Assembly (NCBI RefSeq): GCF_037042905.1
Contig: NC_087251.1
Span: 20,772,001 to 20,832,000 of the forward strand
Source of the DNA: Lytechinus pictus
Taxonomy: Eukaryota
DNA length: 60,000 nt
Reading direction: 5' to 3'
The position numbers and the translations under genes were made by a program. Under the pieces are notes generated by a model, which saw only the letters and a list, made by a program, of their open reading frames with translations, searched no databases and had not been told where the DNA came from. This document shows, piece by piece, positions 58,478 through 60,000 of this stretch. Position 1 is the stretch's first letter; every line of letters starts with the position of its first letter.

Positions 58478-60000
58478 TAAAAAATATCTCAGAATTTCAA
58501 TCCTAATTTGGTGATTTTGCTGCCAATGTTATTCATTTATTTTTGCTTCTTCGGGGTATGATTATTAACATGTACATGTATTGAAGAAAAAAAATTGACT
58601 AAATTCTGACTAAATTATAACTCAAAAATAATAATCAAAGGAAGATTTTACAAACATTTTTAGTAAAATTGTCTTGAATACAAATACCTAGTTTTACTTC
58701 TTGAAATGGAAATGAAGATCACAAAGTTTTCCTTGGTAGGCCTGCATGCCTGTGTGTACATAGATGGGTGTATGTGCATGATTTCATATTTTTCCCACCT
58801 TTTGTGATTGGATCGGCAAACTGTACATGTAGTTGTCTTTGATCGATAGAGAACGCTATTTCTCATTGATCCAGCCATTTGAAAATGCTGAAACTGCAGC
58901 TGTTTATATTACATGGTGTATTTTGTAGCATACTATGGTCTCGTAGCAGACCAGTCCAGTCTGTAAATGACTATGTTGTCAGAATCAGAATCATAATAAA
59001 CAGCAAGTTAAAAAAGATCCCTTCTTTTTCATCTTTAATAATATGAAAATGTCTACCATGATGTTTACAGTGGTTTATTTCTTCGGATACTAAATTTTTG
59101 TTCACAGTGCCCTTCAGACAAAACCTTTCATGAAAAATTGAACTTGAACATGAAATATTATATTTCTATTTTCAACAAAAAATTTGGTGTATGCTCATCA
59201 TAAAGGATGTGAACTAACTCTCTGAAATTACCCACTTTTGTTTAAATTGATTGAAGAATTAAGCTCTAATGAAAAAGGAAATAAGGTTCTTTTGTGTCTA
59301 TAATTAGTATTGCCTGTTTTAGAAAAGCTGGCAACCTGAACTTGAATGATGATTCTAGAGGAGCTTTTTTATTATATACCATGCCCTTCACTGGAGACTG
59401 GCCAAGCGTTGATTTGTCTGGCATTATCATCATACATGTAGCTGTCTATCATTCGTGATCTAAATTAGCAACATATGAGTTCGTGAAGGATAACTCTGCA
59501 CCATTTTTATGGAAATGGTGTATCCTGATTAGATGATCTCTAGCCAGCTCTGTGTGCACAGTTGGATGCTAAATTGTTTTAAGCTGCTTTCTACCATGGT
59601 ATGTAGTATATGTTATTAGCATCGTTTGTATGTTTTGGGGAATCTGTCTACAGAGCTTGTTTACAATTAAGCTTAAAACCTGTATTTCCTGCATGAGATC
59701 ATATCTATATTTTAGAATGTTAACTATGGATGCAGCACTCACTGAATTGGCTCCACCTATGTACCAGTCCTTTGTTTGAGCAATGCAGTTGAGCGAGACC
59801 AGTTACTTTTGTTGACATTCTAGACTGAGAGAGAGGGGGAGAGAGAAAGAGAGGGAGAGAATTGATCAATACAGTCTGAGCTGAGTTTACATTCAGCAAA
59901 TTCATCATTGTATATATATTTCATCGTCATACTGTCTGGATCCATGGCCAGCATGCTGGTATGTATTATTAGTCTGTTCTATTGTGACCTTTGTTGATAG

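Noticed and set aside
59323..59460. Coding exon KAGNLNLNDDSRGAF...
   Set aside because: Acceptor-like site only; no recognisable homology and no clear donor before the stop.
1..60000. Novel multi-gene system linking GOLGA5, the sHSP and ACP7, or horizontally acquired DNA
   Set aside because: Ordinary unrelated metazoan genes with canonical introns; no compositional island or intact foreign ORF seen.

Overview
AT-rich, intron-rich animal genomic DNA; the repeat families and frequent tacatgta/taggccta words suggest an echinoderm such as a sea urchin (inference). Genes: (1) GOLGA5/golgin-84 on the minus strand, 10 coding exons from 12038 down to 735, with the 3' end outside the window; (2) an intronless small heat-shock (alpha-crystallin domain) gene at 17406-18020 whose frame is broken by one in-frame TAA; (3) a complete 11-exon purple acid phosphatase ACP7/PAPL at 21918-39228 (450 aa, all five metal-ligand motifs); (4) possibly the 5' exons of an unidentified gene starting near 51.7 kb. 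The rest is dense with transposon material: Kolobok/T2-type, hAT-type and Tc1-type MITEs, Helentron-like elements with ~163-bp tandem arrays, tRNA-derived SINEs, decayed RTE-X and CR1 LINE pieces, and an 8.1-kb long-TIR (Academ-like) element with nested cargo. I found no convincing new biological system. The best leads are the split sHSP, the three-level nested insertion upstream of it, and the 8.1-kb element carrying RFX X-box-like motifs next to a probable promoter. All homology calls are from memory of the families, not from database searches.
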